A DNA stretch of 58,652 nucleotides, filler included, from Sphacelaria rigidula (taxonomy: Eukaryota): NCBI GenBank assembly GCA_964200075.2. It is 10 parts of 10 records of this genome, joined end to end, with 100 filler letters (N's around TTAATTAATTAA, not from the genome) between each part and the next. Parts side by side here need not be neighbours in the genome. Positions count along the whole stretch, not along the records: positions 47,003 to 52,777 come from CAXNAA020024566.1; positions 52,878 to 58,652 come from CAXNAA020024567.1; 8 more parts are not named here. One strand, 5' to 3'. Both the position numbers and the translations under genes were made by a program. Under the pieces are notes generated by a model. It ran no database searches and was not told where the DNA came from. It saw nothing but the letters and a program-made list of their open reading frames with translations. Shown in pieces: positions 48,141-58,652 of the stretch. Positions within the stretch are counted from its first letter, which is position 1; each line of letters begins with the position of its first letter.

Positions 48141-49764
48141 GTAATTACCAAAACTCAGTGGGTCAGGTTGTCTATTTTTACTTATTTCACTGTTTCAGGC
48201 CGTTCTAGTATGGTGACGACCTTTTCTTCAAGAGAACGCCCTAACCACCTAAGAACACCCTACACTCAATGAAAAAAGAGAAAAAAATGAAGGCCCTTTT
48301 TTTTTTCATTTGGCACACCTTCGTGGTTCTCCATGCTAGGTTTTAAATCATTATCCTTCAATTTGGGCTGAAACATTGAAACATTGAGATAAGGCCTAGG
48401 AGCAATGATGATTCATCCTCAAAAAACGCCCTTGAAAACACGAAAAAAAATGAAAAAATGAAGAAAAAAAAAGGAAACAAGTTGTTTTATGTTTTACTAT
48501 GCAGTAGCGGTTCTCCATACCAAATTCCATAGAACTCTCACAAACTGAGACGCGATATCCAGATTTATGGCATCCAGTGCCTCTGCTAGTAATATATTGA
48601 TTCTAGTATGGAAACTTATGTGCGCCAAATGTCGTGATATATTACGAATCAGGTGAATGTAAGGGTATATATAGTCTCCCCGTGCTCCAGGGCAGGTTCA
48701 CACCAAAAATCGTCATCATCCGCTCAATGTATCGTTCAGGGTTTCATATAGATTCTAGTCTGGACGCTATCACCGTACGGTGTAGGAATTACTAGGTATG
48801 AGGTTTACTCAACGAGAAAACATTGGCCAAGATTTTTGAGCAGATGGGTACCTTCTCCTTGATTAGACCATGAATACGATATGCAGATCACGACCGAACT
48901 CGTCTGCGTGGATGAGATATTGCTTCTAGAGCTTGAATCCGTTTTTAGGCTGGCCCAGCTCGTATCCAACTTGTTCTCGGTGTGCGTCTGCTTTCACGTC
49001 AGTTAGACAAGGCAAAATCATGAGCGTACAAGCGAGAACGGATATGATCATTGACCCAACACGTGTTTGGGGGGGGGGGGGGGGCAAGGGGAGCCCGACC
49101 CCCCCGGGAATCATTTCCAACACCCCCACTGTTTACCCCCAACAGGGNNNNNNNNNNAAACAGAAAAAAGCTTGGTTGTGCATGAGGAAGGAGGAGTACA
49201 CCACCCCGCCCTGCGCGGGTGGGGGGGGCGGGGCTCGGCAAGGGTAGCCAGACTCCCGCTGTAATCATTTTCAAACACCCTACTGTTTATCCTACACAGG
49301 GTACGCAGTCTATAGCCGCGACGACCACGCAGCACATGAGAGTACAATAGTAGTTCAACAGACGTGCCGGTGCTGACACGTGGAAACTTCAAGCCTGCAT
49401 GTACCACCACAATCGAATCGAGAAGCATGCGAATAGCCGTTGGGTGCAGGAGTGTAACTGTTCCTACAGTGATGTTCGGGATAAGAGGCAACAGTCGGTA
49501 TCGTAAGCCCTTCTGTCGTCGTGGTGAGCAGGAAATCCAACAGCAAAACTGCATGTGACACGAGTCGAGATTGAAGTAGACAAAAAACATTGCACCTCCC
49601 TACTTTTCACGTTGCATCGTGAAATACAACAGTGCTGAACGTACCGCGCTCGTGTTAATGTTTACGAGCACGGGTGTGGCGAAACGCATTCGATTGCACA
49701 CTCGACGGCGTTCGGTGGAATGTGAATTTCGGAGTCGTGACGAATACTGTAATACGGTAGTCAG

Positions 49765-49869
49765 TTGACCCTCTGGCCGCCAGGGTAGGTCATGTGCTGA
49801 ATCGTCATCACTTTCACTTGAAAAATTAACGTGACCACAGATGACCAACCGTGGCCGTCAAAGGGTTAA
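49765..49869. mobile_element. piggyBac-type mini-MITE family H
   Basis: ttga-ccctctggccgcca...tggccgtcaaaggg-ttaa. Confidence 0.7.
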
Positions 49870-51089
49870 GGATACGCTTCTGTATACAACCCGTCCTGGA
49901 TTCTAGGATGCGTTACTTCGCAGTGACAAAACACTACTGTTGTCTGTACAGTACCGTCTGTCTGTTGTCGCATCCGACTTTACCGACCGATCAAAAGGAG
50001 AAAATCAAAATGGACCAAAACACACACGACCACACGACGGTGGGCAAGAGGGGATTGAAGGGTGCTGTTCCCATATAGTGTAACCATACAGCAGCAGGAT
50101 GAGAGCAAGAAAAAAACAACGTTGCGCAGCATTACAGCAGTTCGCGAATTGGTGCATGCGCTCCACAACAATATGAAATATTGATGTGTGATGTACGATG
50201 CATCGAGCACCGGGGCGGGCGCAGCGCGCGGGACCAGCGTTCCTGGGTGGGCCGCAGAAAGATTCGAGGGTCGGCAGAACAATCTCGAGATCTAGAACGA
50301 ACGTGTCGCTTGTTCACCATGATCCATGTTTTGGGAGACAACGGGGATGTCAGCAGTACTTCGCACTACTGTAGTGCTCATCGATTGCTGGAGCGAACTG
50401 TTTGCAGGAAAATACAACAGAGTGTAGTTGTTTTCAAGGGTGTCAGGTGTCACGCCATCCCTCGAATAGGCACACTCAGCTCAGCGACCTTTTTGTCCAA
50501 AGGATAACATGTGTCGCGGAGAAACCGGAATGAGCCCTACAGGTGCAGAGAAAACTGGTCCGATTTTTTTTCGTCGAAACGCGCGCACGACAGGGTCATA
50601 AATTTGAAATCTCAAACTTTGGTGGCACAGCAGTCAGTATAATTACAATAAGAAGTCAGCCTACGTTCTACAGGGGTCTGAAATCTCGTTTACTCCGCTG
50701 ACTTTCGACCTCTGTCGTTTTGCCTATTCGTTCCTTCGTCACCCTCTGTTTCGACCTCATCTTCACTCTCTGTTTCTCATGGCTGTGGAACAGACGCAAC
50801 AAACCAAGCAACCGAACGCTCTCTAGAGAAATTGATAAAACGAGCAGCTTGACAAAGCAGAGGTACAATGTTTTTTCCAACAAGAGATACAAACAGTACA
50901 GTCAGAGTACGTTCAGCGAGGCATGCGATATCGTGTGCAAAAGAAACACAGTCCAATGCCAGCAAATAGATAATTCAACGATACCTACTTTTTAATGCGA
51001 AGACAACAACAACTACCGTTCTCACGCTGGGAACGCCTTCCCAACAGACAGGCTCAAGGCACGATTAAAGAGTGAGCCACCCATCTCAC

Positions 51090-51175
51090 CCTCTTGATCG
51101 TAGGTCGATATTCTTGAACGAATGGATATGCAACAGCAATTCCACTGTGGCCCTGGCTCCGCCTCCATCTGACAT
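51090..51175 (-). CDS. Possible first coding exon of a FAM135-like protein (MSDGGGARATVELLLHIHSFKNIDLRSRG)
   Basis: ATG plus strong GG|GTGAGA donor; the peptide resembles the FAM135 N-terminal pattern VE....lh.F.N.DL..RG from memory; downstream exons not identified. Confidence 0.4.
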
Positions 51176-51931
51176 GATGATGAGCCCACCGCCCAGCAGC
51201 TGTTGGTGCCCACTCTACCCAAGCAGTGCGGAATATCCCCTGTGGATGAATACTAATCTTCTGCTGTCTCTGTATTTTTCTCTCTTCCTCTCCGCCTATG
51301 GGTCTGCTACACGGTCATGTAATTGCGGCTCGCATACCCCCTGGTCTTATACGCCGGATTCTGAGCGTGTAGCTCAACAGGATTATACGTTATGTTGTGT
51401 GGGGTTCAGATCCGCGGTCGTGGCGACTAAAGAACATTTCAGACCCGCGTTCTTATTCTGCATCTTATTGTCGCTGGATTAATCCCCTGCACGATGTACA
51501 TGCCGACGGGATGCGCTATGATTGTGACGGTATGCTAATGGCCACCTTAGTTATACTAAATAATACTATACTGCTGCAAGAGGAGATGGGTATGCGCTCG
51601 AATCAAATCATTGAACATGCATGACGGTACAATATGACAATATTTTTCATCGCGTTCAAGATCATACCGGCTGCAATTTTTGATAATTTATTGGAGCTGA
51701 AGACGAAGCTCAACATGCAGTTCACTCAAGTCGTCAGCGAACAATAATGCTCTCTTGAAACCCAGAACTTATGTAGACATAGACGTAAGCCGACCGAAAC
51801 TTGAACTGAAACAAAGTACAGTCGACCCGATGTCAAAATGGAACATGATACTTGTATGCGATATACAACGGTGGTCTTGTGCTGTATCTGCGATCCAAAG
51901 CAGCGGGTTTCACAGCTCCAACTAACCACAC

Positions 51932-52095
51932 ATGATGTACCTATGCTGTGTGACCACGACCTGCCTGCTGGGCATGGCTCAGGGCTTCAGTTTCGGCGGT
52001 ATGATTAGATCGACGCCACTGGGCAAAGCTAATGCGGCCGCAGCGATGGACTTGCGGTGTGACTCGAACATCGCTCCGGATGGCACGTCATCGCG
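51932..52095 (+). CDS. Nucleus-encoded plastid-targeted protein, exon 1 (signal peptide, AQG|FSF ASAFAP-like cleavage site, transit peptide)
   Basis: MMYLCCVTTTCLLGMAQG-FSFGG; donor CG|GTACCG in phase 2. Confidence 0.65.
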
Positions 52096-52425
52096 GTACC
52101 GGCTGCTCACGTCGAGGCGCGGTACGGGGTACGTAGCGTTGTTGGAAGAGAGCTGTTTGTTGTGTGGGCTTTGGAGAGATGCTCTCGTAATTAATTTTCT
52201 CGGGTGAAGGTTTTCAGGCCCTTGCCTACTTGCTGGGCTGCTTCGAAGGGAAGGCAATACATTGCTGCTGCTCATGATACTGTTGTGCCGCCTGTAGTCT
52301 TGCTGACTGTACGCTCAACTTACAGTAATACCATAACTTCATAATTTACTAACTGTTGGGTCATGCCGCTGTACCGTAGTTTAGAACGTTACCGTCTGCC
52401 TTGTCATGTGTGAATACAAATACAG

Positions 52426-52486
52426 GCGGGGTTCCGGGACATCAATGGCCATGCTCAACGTCGACGCCGTATCTGCCGCCTCCCAG
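52426..52486 (+). CDS. Plastid-targeted protein, exon 2 (RGSGTSMAMLNVDAVSAASQ)
   Basis: CAG acceptor and CAG|GTAAAC donor; 61 bp; phase-compatible with exon 1. Confidence 0.65.
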
Positions 52487-52706
52487 GTAAACATTATTGA
52501 TTGAACATCATTCAAGTCTCCAAGCAGGCCATCGTTTTCTCGTCAGAGCTTTTGCTGACTCCAATTACGTGCCGCCGTTGGGATCGTGCTGACTCATGAT
52601 GCCAAATCGGAACATTTGACATCTGGCAGTGAATTGTTGCCAGAAACCTGGCATGCACCAGATATTCTCACTCGCATTTCTGCCCTGTAGGATATTCTGA
52701 GTACAG

Positions 52707-52777
52707 GCTGGGCCGGCCAAGAAGCTCACTTTCCTTCAGCCCGTTCTAACTGACGATGTATCACGAGTTGTGCCCAC
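52707..52777 (+). CDS. Plastid-targeted protein, probable exon 3 (AGPAKKLTFLQPVLTDDVSRVVP, 3'-partial)
   Basis: CAG acceptor; the only frame open to the contig end. Confidence 0.45.
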
Positions 52778-52877
52778 NNNNNNNNNNNNNNNNNNNNNNN
52801 NNNNNNNNNNNNNNNNNNNNNTTAATTAATTAANNNNNNNNNNNNNNNNNNNNNNNNNNNNNNNNNNNNNNNNNNNN
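52778..52877. other. Artificial contig spacer
   Basis: Same 100-bp spacer. Confidence 0.97.
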
Positions 52878-53862
52878 AAAAGCAGCGCAGTTACTGCATG
52901 GTGGAGCCAGCGCGAGTTGCTTGTTCCACGCTTGGCCAGGTACGATCAGGAAGAGGAGTCTAAGGACTTAAAACACGTGGTGAGACCTGCGTGAGGAAGA
53001 GGCGCTATGGCCATTGTCGTTGTAAGGTGGTACAGCGCGTCTCGGTGTAAGGAGAGAGTTTAGGTTCCTGTGAGTGGCAGGCGACTTTGTTTTAAGAACA
53101 AGGTGGTGTGGAGTGCTGAGTACTGCTGACCGAAATGTACAAGGCGTAGGAATATGTCATCGTCGATGGTCGTGTTGTTCCTGCACTGGCGCTGGAGATG
53201 CCGTTTGCGACCGCTTATGCGGTGCTGCCCGTACAGCGTGGAAGAGCACGTACAGAGCCGTGCTACGATAGGTTGGGTCTTTGATTTCAGGGAAAAAGGA
53301 CATATAGGTGTTTCGGACAACCTGACACACTCGCCGTGCACTTATGTTTGGGTAAACCGGCGTCAACCAGTATGAATGAGCGTTATTTATCGGTAACACG
53401 CGCGTTCAGATGATCGTTGCTACTTACAACGATGATTCGAAGTTGCGTTTTGTGAAAGCAATGGTCCCAAATACCCCCCGTCCTATCGTAGCATGACCGT
53501 AGTTGTTTATACTGTCCCCTTACCGTTGGATACGCGACAGCCGTGTCGTCAACACAGCCTGCGGGTACGAACCCGACACGGTACACAGCGTTGGGCACAC
53601 AGGCTGTGCACGCACTTCGGCGCCCGCTAGTCATTCACGTGTTCTGCACCTGTCGGTGTGTGGTACAGTACTAGTACAAGTTGTGACAGTTGAGAGTTGT
53701 ACTGTTGCACTGTTCGTAGACAGTTCTGTATACTGTGTATGTAGTAAGTGTTGTGCACTGTACTGTCTGTAGTACAAGTGTGCACGTGCTTGTGTGTGTG
53801 CGTGTACATATTTTGTGGAAGTACAGTCATTTTCGATAAACGCAGTATCCTAGCTGCATGTA

Positions 53863-54122
53863 GGCGAACGGTAGGTAACAGAGACACCTGTTGACCTGGC
53901 TAGAGATAGCGCGGAAGAGCGAGAGTGGGTCACTCACTCAGCCGCTACGAGGACTTCGACAAAATGGCCGCCCAACGATGGTGTACCTGCGCGAGCTAAG
54001 GCAAGCTTCACGTTGGATAACCATTTTGCCAAGTCTTCGTAGCGGTTGCTTGAGCAGCCGACTCCCGCCCTTTCGCGTCATCATAAGCCAGGTCGACTGG
54101 TGTCTCGGCTCTCTCGTTCGCC
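53863..54122. repeat. Imperfect ~260-nt foldback (candidate pre-miRNA or old palindromic MITE)
   Basis: Nested complementary blocks ggcgaacg/cgttcgcc, gagacacc/ggtgtctc, gacctggct/agccaggtc, ccgctacga/tcgtagcgg, caaaatgg/ccattttg, ccaacg/cgttgg. Confidence 0.8.
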
Positions 54123-54504
54123 CCCAAGTCTTCCTCTTAGTCGTGGATCACCCTCGTGAACGGGCTACCATCACCAGCGCTGCCACGGGCGTTCACGGCA
54201 TTCGCCATCGCCCCACTCACGATGTTTGTCCTACGACTGTGTTCTGTAACCTTGGTTGTTATGGGGCAGGGTGTCTCGTTCCGTTTCGTGACCTTGAATT
54301 GGGCATCAATGCTTTGGGGTGTTTAGCATCTCAGGGTTTATAAAATATGCTTCAAAGTAATCCTGAGTTGCTGTGCACGTCTCTTCTCGCAGGTTCAGTT
54401 TTCGGGGTTTATCTAGAGGAATTCGTCATGTCCTGGCCTTTAATCACAGCTTCTAAACCCTACCCCTGAGTTTTTCCGGCCAATTTGTGTCCCCGAAACT
54501 CTTT

Positions 54505-54775
54505 AATGCAACGTCATATTCGACTGTTACACGTGTCAACGTAACGTTATATTGGATGTTACACGTTACATGAAACGTTTCATATGATGTCAAATGTAAC
54601 GAAACGTAACGTTCAAACTATTTTCCGTGACGAACGTAACGTGAACGTAACAATAAACTTTCAAATGAAGCGTGAACGTGACGTCAATATTGTCTCGCGT
54701 GACATACGCAACGTAACGTAAACGTCAAGTTTCGTTCACGTGATGAACGTAACGTGAACGTGAACTTATTGTTGG
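54505..54775. repeat. Dense cluster of AACGT(A/G) motifs in both orientations
   Basis: aacgtaacgtgaacgt units repeated and interspersed. Confidence 0.7.
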
Positions 54776-57700
54776 AATATTCAATGTCAGTCATTGGTAA
54801 AGACTACTATCTATCGCAGGTTATCGTAAACGAGTAATAAATCATTTGAGTGTTCCAGACATAGTCTGCGGTATATTCTGCGGTACATTATGTTTCCAGA
54901 ACAAGTTGTCCGGGGATTAATCGGGAGGTATCGGTTGTAATATCCTGCGAGTGTTCTAGACGTGTGGAAGTTTTGGAAGCTCATTAGCTGATCGGTAGGC
55001 TCGCACACTTGGTGCTCGCCCACCTGATCACTCCTCTACTACGTCTCTCCTCATACTCTTCTCTTCCATGACTAAGAGTCTTCGGCCACATAAGCGCCAA
55101 GTTCAACATCTCCATTCTCAAGTCAAGTGACTTAACCGTCACTCTCTGCACCTCTGCATAAACTGCAGAAGACAGTTGCGACATCGGCACACCATCAAGA
55201 GTGAAGCCATATTCCTTCACGTATCACGTGTATTTCCCTGAAATTTTCCGCTCGGCTTTTCCCCCTCCCCTGGTTTCGTACTGCCTAGCGTGGCATGCCG
55301 AACCCGTGCCAACCCCGATTCGTGCGTGCACTACCTACTGACTGTACTTCTTACGTGGACCGTGGATATCAAAACGTGGAAGCTAGCTGCCAGTAAGAAT
55401 ATAGCACGACGAGCGACGGGGCCTGACTTAAGCAAGCCAGAGTACGCACGCATTTGAGTCGTTTCGCCTCTCCTCGGACGCGCGTCGGGACTGTGCGTGT
55501 GTGCGTACCAAATATCTGTGATCGACGAGAAACTAGAAATAATTGTTGGTCGCTCTAACAGCTCACGGGCGACTGAGTTTTGTCGCTCGTTACTGGTCGA
55601 AGCACGTGCTTCTCTTTTCCAATGCTTGAGCTTGGATGCCGTCAGCTGGATGTCTCGTCATCGTGCCATATAATGGTTTAGGGAGAAGGCACGTCGTAGT
55701 ATACCTTGCAGACAACATGCAAGCATGGCCTGCTGATGCGGCAAGCTTGCACAATCTTCGACAGGTCGGGACGGCGCGCAGGACACAATGCTTAACGAGC
55801 ATCTTTTTTACGGTATTATTACGTGATATTTCTTCCCCAGATGCGCGGGCAAAAGACATCAAAGGGCATCGCATATATGGATGGCGTGCGCCGACAGGCC
55901 CCCGAATTTCACACTTGACTAAGGTCTACTATTATCGACACTTTTTGCAGAGATGTCAGAACGTTTCGGAGTTTTCGGCCTCGCGTTCAGACTTCTCCAA
56001 GAACGAATTGGCTTGATTTTTTCTCCGGAGCTTCATCTTTCGAGAAGACTGTAGCCTCTGCCGGACGATCTGGACAAGAAAACGTTCAACGAGGGACTCC
56101 TCCGGTATCACTGGTCTTGTGCTCGACAAGATGTTATTTTCAACTTGTTACTATCACGGAGTGATCCTCAACAGATCACGAGCCAGACAGCAGCGAGAGG
56201 CCACGCAGATGAGGGCCATCAATCGAGGATCCCTTGTCCCCTGCCACTGCTCCAATCATGCATGCGATTATACTGAAACCTTACGGATTGGTATCATTTG
56301 GCTACAGCACCCTCAAAGCGAGTTCGAGACAAACGAACGAGCTTGACAACCAATAAAAACCAAGGCGAAATCGCAAGCACCAGATCACAACAAAATACCA
56401 TATTCCGACACTAATTTGCTTGTCAGCGCCCGAGTCAACCGCAGTTTACATAGTTCGTTCACAACACAATCAGGCGCAGAAGAATGAATCTTGCGACGAG
56501 ACTCCCACGTACCTTCTTCAGCACCGAACCCATCTCAATCGACCAAAACAATGACATCACCATGGCCATCCTCAGCGAAGTGTACCAAAGCATTCACCCG
56601 ACATTCATCTTGAGCATACGAATGCTAAAACACATTTGTTTTAGCTTCCGCAGTGATGTGCAACTGCGAGTCAGCACATGAACGTAAACGAGCGATATGA
56701 GCCCAGTGTACGGCGCCAGAAACAATGTTCTGCACTGAATACACGTGAGCGTGATCGGCTCCGACCACTCGCCACGGAACTATTCATGTGGACATCAACT
56801 TGAGCGCCACACCTTGCCTACGAACACGGGCATACGAGACGAAATCTCCAACTGAAAATTTGGGCAACACAGCCTGACCCTGAGCAAGCTTGCGTTCGGG
56901 TTGGCGAGACACCGTAGCAGCAGCTCACACTTCGTTACAAAGCTGCACTTGCTTGCTCGTCAGCCATGCCTCGAACCTTTTCACGCAACGTATCAGCATC
57001 CATAACATCGACGTTCCACTTACCGCCAGTGAGAGAAGCCAGCGCGGAAAACGCTGTACGCGGCGCACTGTTGTGGTGTTGTATAGCATGCACCTCTGTG
57101 TGCACGCGGGTCAAATCTGACAATCCTGGCAGGATAAGCCCTCTCAGGTTCAGGTCACGGTCGTGCTCAAATCAATTCAAACCTCAATAGCTCCACGCAA
57201 TAAGCTATATCCCCTTGATACCAAAGGCTCTTGTTCGCTCGTATTCGTTTTGGCTTCACTCAATGCTCTCTCACGTTGCTCTCCAGCTATAGCAATTGCT
57301 TAGCTGTCAGCTCCACTTAGCGAGTGAGCCGGGAAGGCTAAAAAAATGCCATGCCTGTACCTTTTTATCAGTCTCACATCCGGCCTAGTCAAGCTTGATC
57401 AGACCCGCAACTATAAAATCCCAGATTTGATCATAAATGCCTCCTAGCTTCATGACACTAGCCCATCCAGATGAGCCTCTATTACAGTTGCGAATAGAAA
57501 TCTCGAAAGCGACGAAAATCGAGTTTTTTCTCCACGTCAAGTCATGAGCAACAAGGAAGGCGAACTGAATGCTATATAAGCACTCGGCCGTACGGGTGGC
57601 TGATGTAGAGTAGTCCACCTACAGTATACATGCAACATGTAGATATATGGTGGATCCTGGATTGATTGTTTGGAGGATGACTATTGGATGCGTAAGATAT

Positions 57701-58037
57701 CGTGTTCGTGAGGAAAGCCCATGAAGCTTACTTTTAGTTAACCTAGACAGTTGTTTCTATAACTGCTTGACGTCTTGAAGTCTCTGGAGCCCTGGACAGG
57801 GAGGAAGTTCCTGGAGCAGCATTGCAACCTTGTTCTGATTTCAGGCAGGTTCACAACAAACGTTTATTCAGGCAACTTGTTGTTTTTGGATTGGGTTTTG
57901 GACGTCGCACCCGACTGTTTGTAGAACGTGAGGACGCTCACGTTGAATAACAAGGGGGGAGGGGGGGAAGCGGCGTAGAGAGAGGCGCAGGCCACACGAA
58001 CCCAAGGCGACTGCGGTGACAGGAGGCTGTTGGAAGG

Positions 58038-58601
58038 ATGGCAGCGCGAAGGGAAGGAGGCACCAAAGGGACAGTTGATGAGGTGAAGTTTGCAGTAACC
58101 GAATTGACCTTGGGTGGATCCTTGAAAGTGCCCGAATATGGACGAGTATTCAGTGAGCAAGCTTCCAGACCCTTTTATCGAAGGTATCGCGAATATGAGG
58201 AGGCGGTGGGGAAGAGTAACAAAGGCCGATCTGTTAAGTGCGCACTTGACCATGCAAGAGTTGGTGCCAAAGCATATCCATAACTGCGTGTCTGACACCA
58301 TTTTTGACGGGTTGCTACTCGACGAAGACAAATTGCAGCAAGGGATTGCACGCCATGCCAAATGCTGGATCGATATGGAACTTGATCCTTCCGAAGCTTC
58401 AGCAGGCGTAAAAAAGGCCCTTGCCGCACGGTCTGAACCAACTGCGATGGGTCGAGTAGAAGGGCAATGGAGCTCATTACAGGAGTACTTTGCGGAAAAC
58501 GCAGGTGCGGAGTGCGTTGTCCTAAACTCTGACCGTACGTTCAAGGCTGGTCCAGCACACATCATTACCAGAGCTATGGTCGCCGGCCTGACGCCGCCTG
58601 A
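58038..58601 (+). pseudogene. Frameshifted ORF, possibly an LTR-retrotransposon gag, interrupted by a MITE
   Basis: ORFs 58038-58283 and 58138-58632 join by a frameshift near 58245 into one intronless helical-looking peptide (FYRRYREYEEAV...LTMQELVPKH...); no diagnostic motif seen. Confidence 0.4.
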
Positions 58602-58652
58602 GAGTGATGCTACGGTAGGGGTAGAGAAATAATTTCTGAGATTAGAATTGTT
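58602..58652. mobile_element. Left end of MITE family D (cut by the window end)
   Basis: gagtgatgctacggtagggg...ttagaattgtt matches 12408-12457. Confidence 0.8.

Noticed and set aside
50668..50790. Second exon of the FAM135-like gene
   Set aside because: The phase-compatible frame ends in a stop and lacks the expected hydrophobic pattern.
53150..53271. Possible exon EYVIVDGRVVPALALEMPF (SecA-like start)
   Set aside because: Similarity does not extend beyond a few residues, and no partner exons were confirmed.
57638..57858. LTR upstream of the gag-like ORF
   Set aside because: TG...CA ends can be drawn, but no TGG primer-binding site follows and no second LTR is available.

Overview
This window is not one locus. 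It is ten unrelated contigs of 5776/5775 bp, sorted by length and joined by identical 100-bp spacers (N44-TTAATTAATTAA-N44), so gene neighbourhoods across spacers carry no meaning. The DNA is eukaryotic and intron-rich, most likely from a brown alga (EsV-1-7 repeat protein, stramenopile-type bipartite plastid targeting peptide). Partial genes: an EsV-1-7 C3H repeat protein with at least 14 repeats; four spliceable exons of phosphatidate cytidylyltransferase; two exons of a divergent NAC-alpha-like protein; three exons of a plastid-targeted protein, head-to-head with a possible FAM135-like first exon; two orphan exons; a frameshifted gag-like ORF. Most of the remainder is interspersed repeats. 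The most unusual signal is a family of 5'-truncated LINE-like insertions (10 copies on 5 contigs, plus a sister family). They end about 4 nt after their stop codon (TGA-GTAC), carry a C-tract instead of a poly(A) tail, and sit in C/G homopolymer targets, several with target-site duplications. Also present are two tRNA-headed SINE families, several MITE families and two long foldback hairpins. All calls were made by eye, with no database searches.
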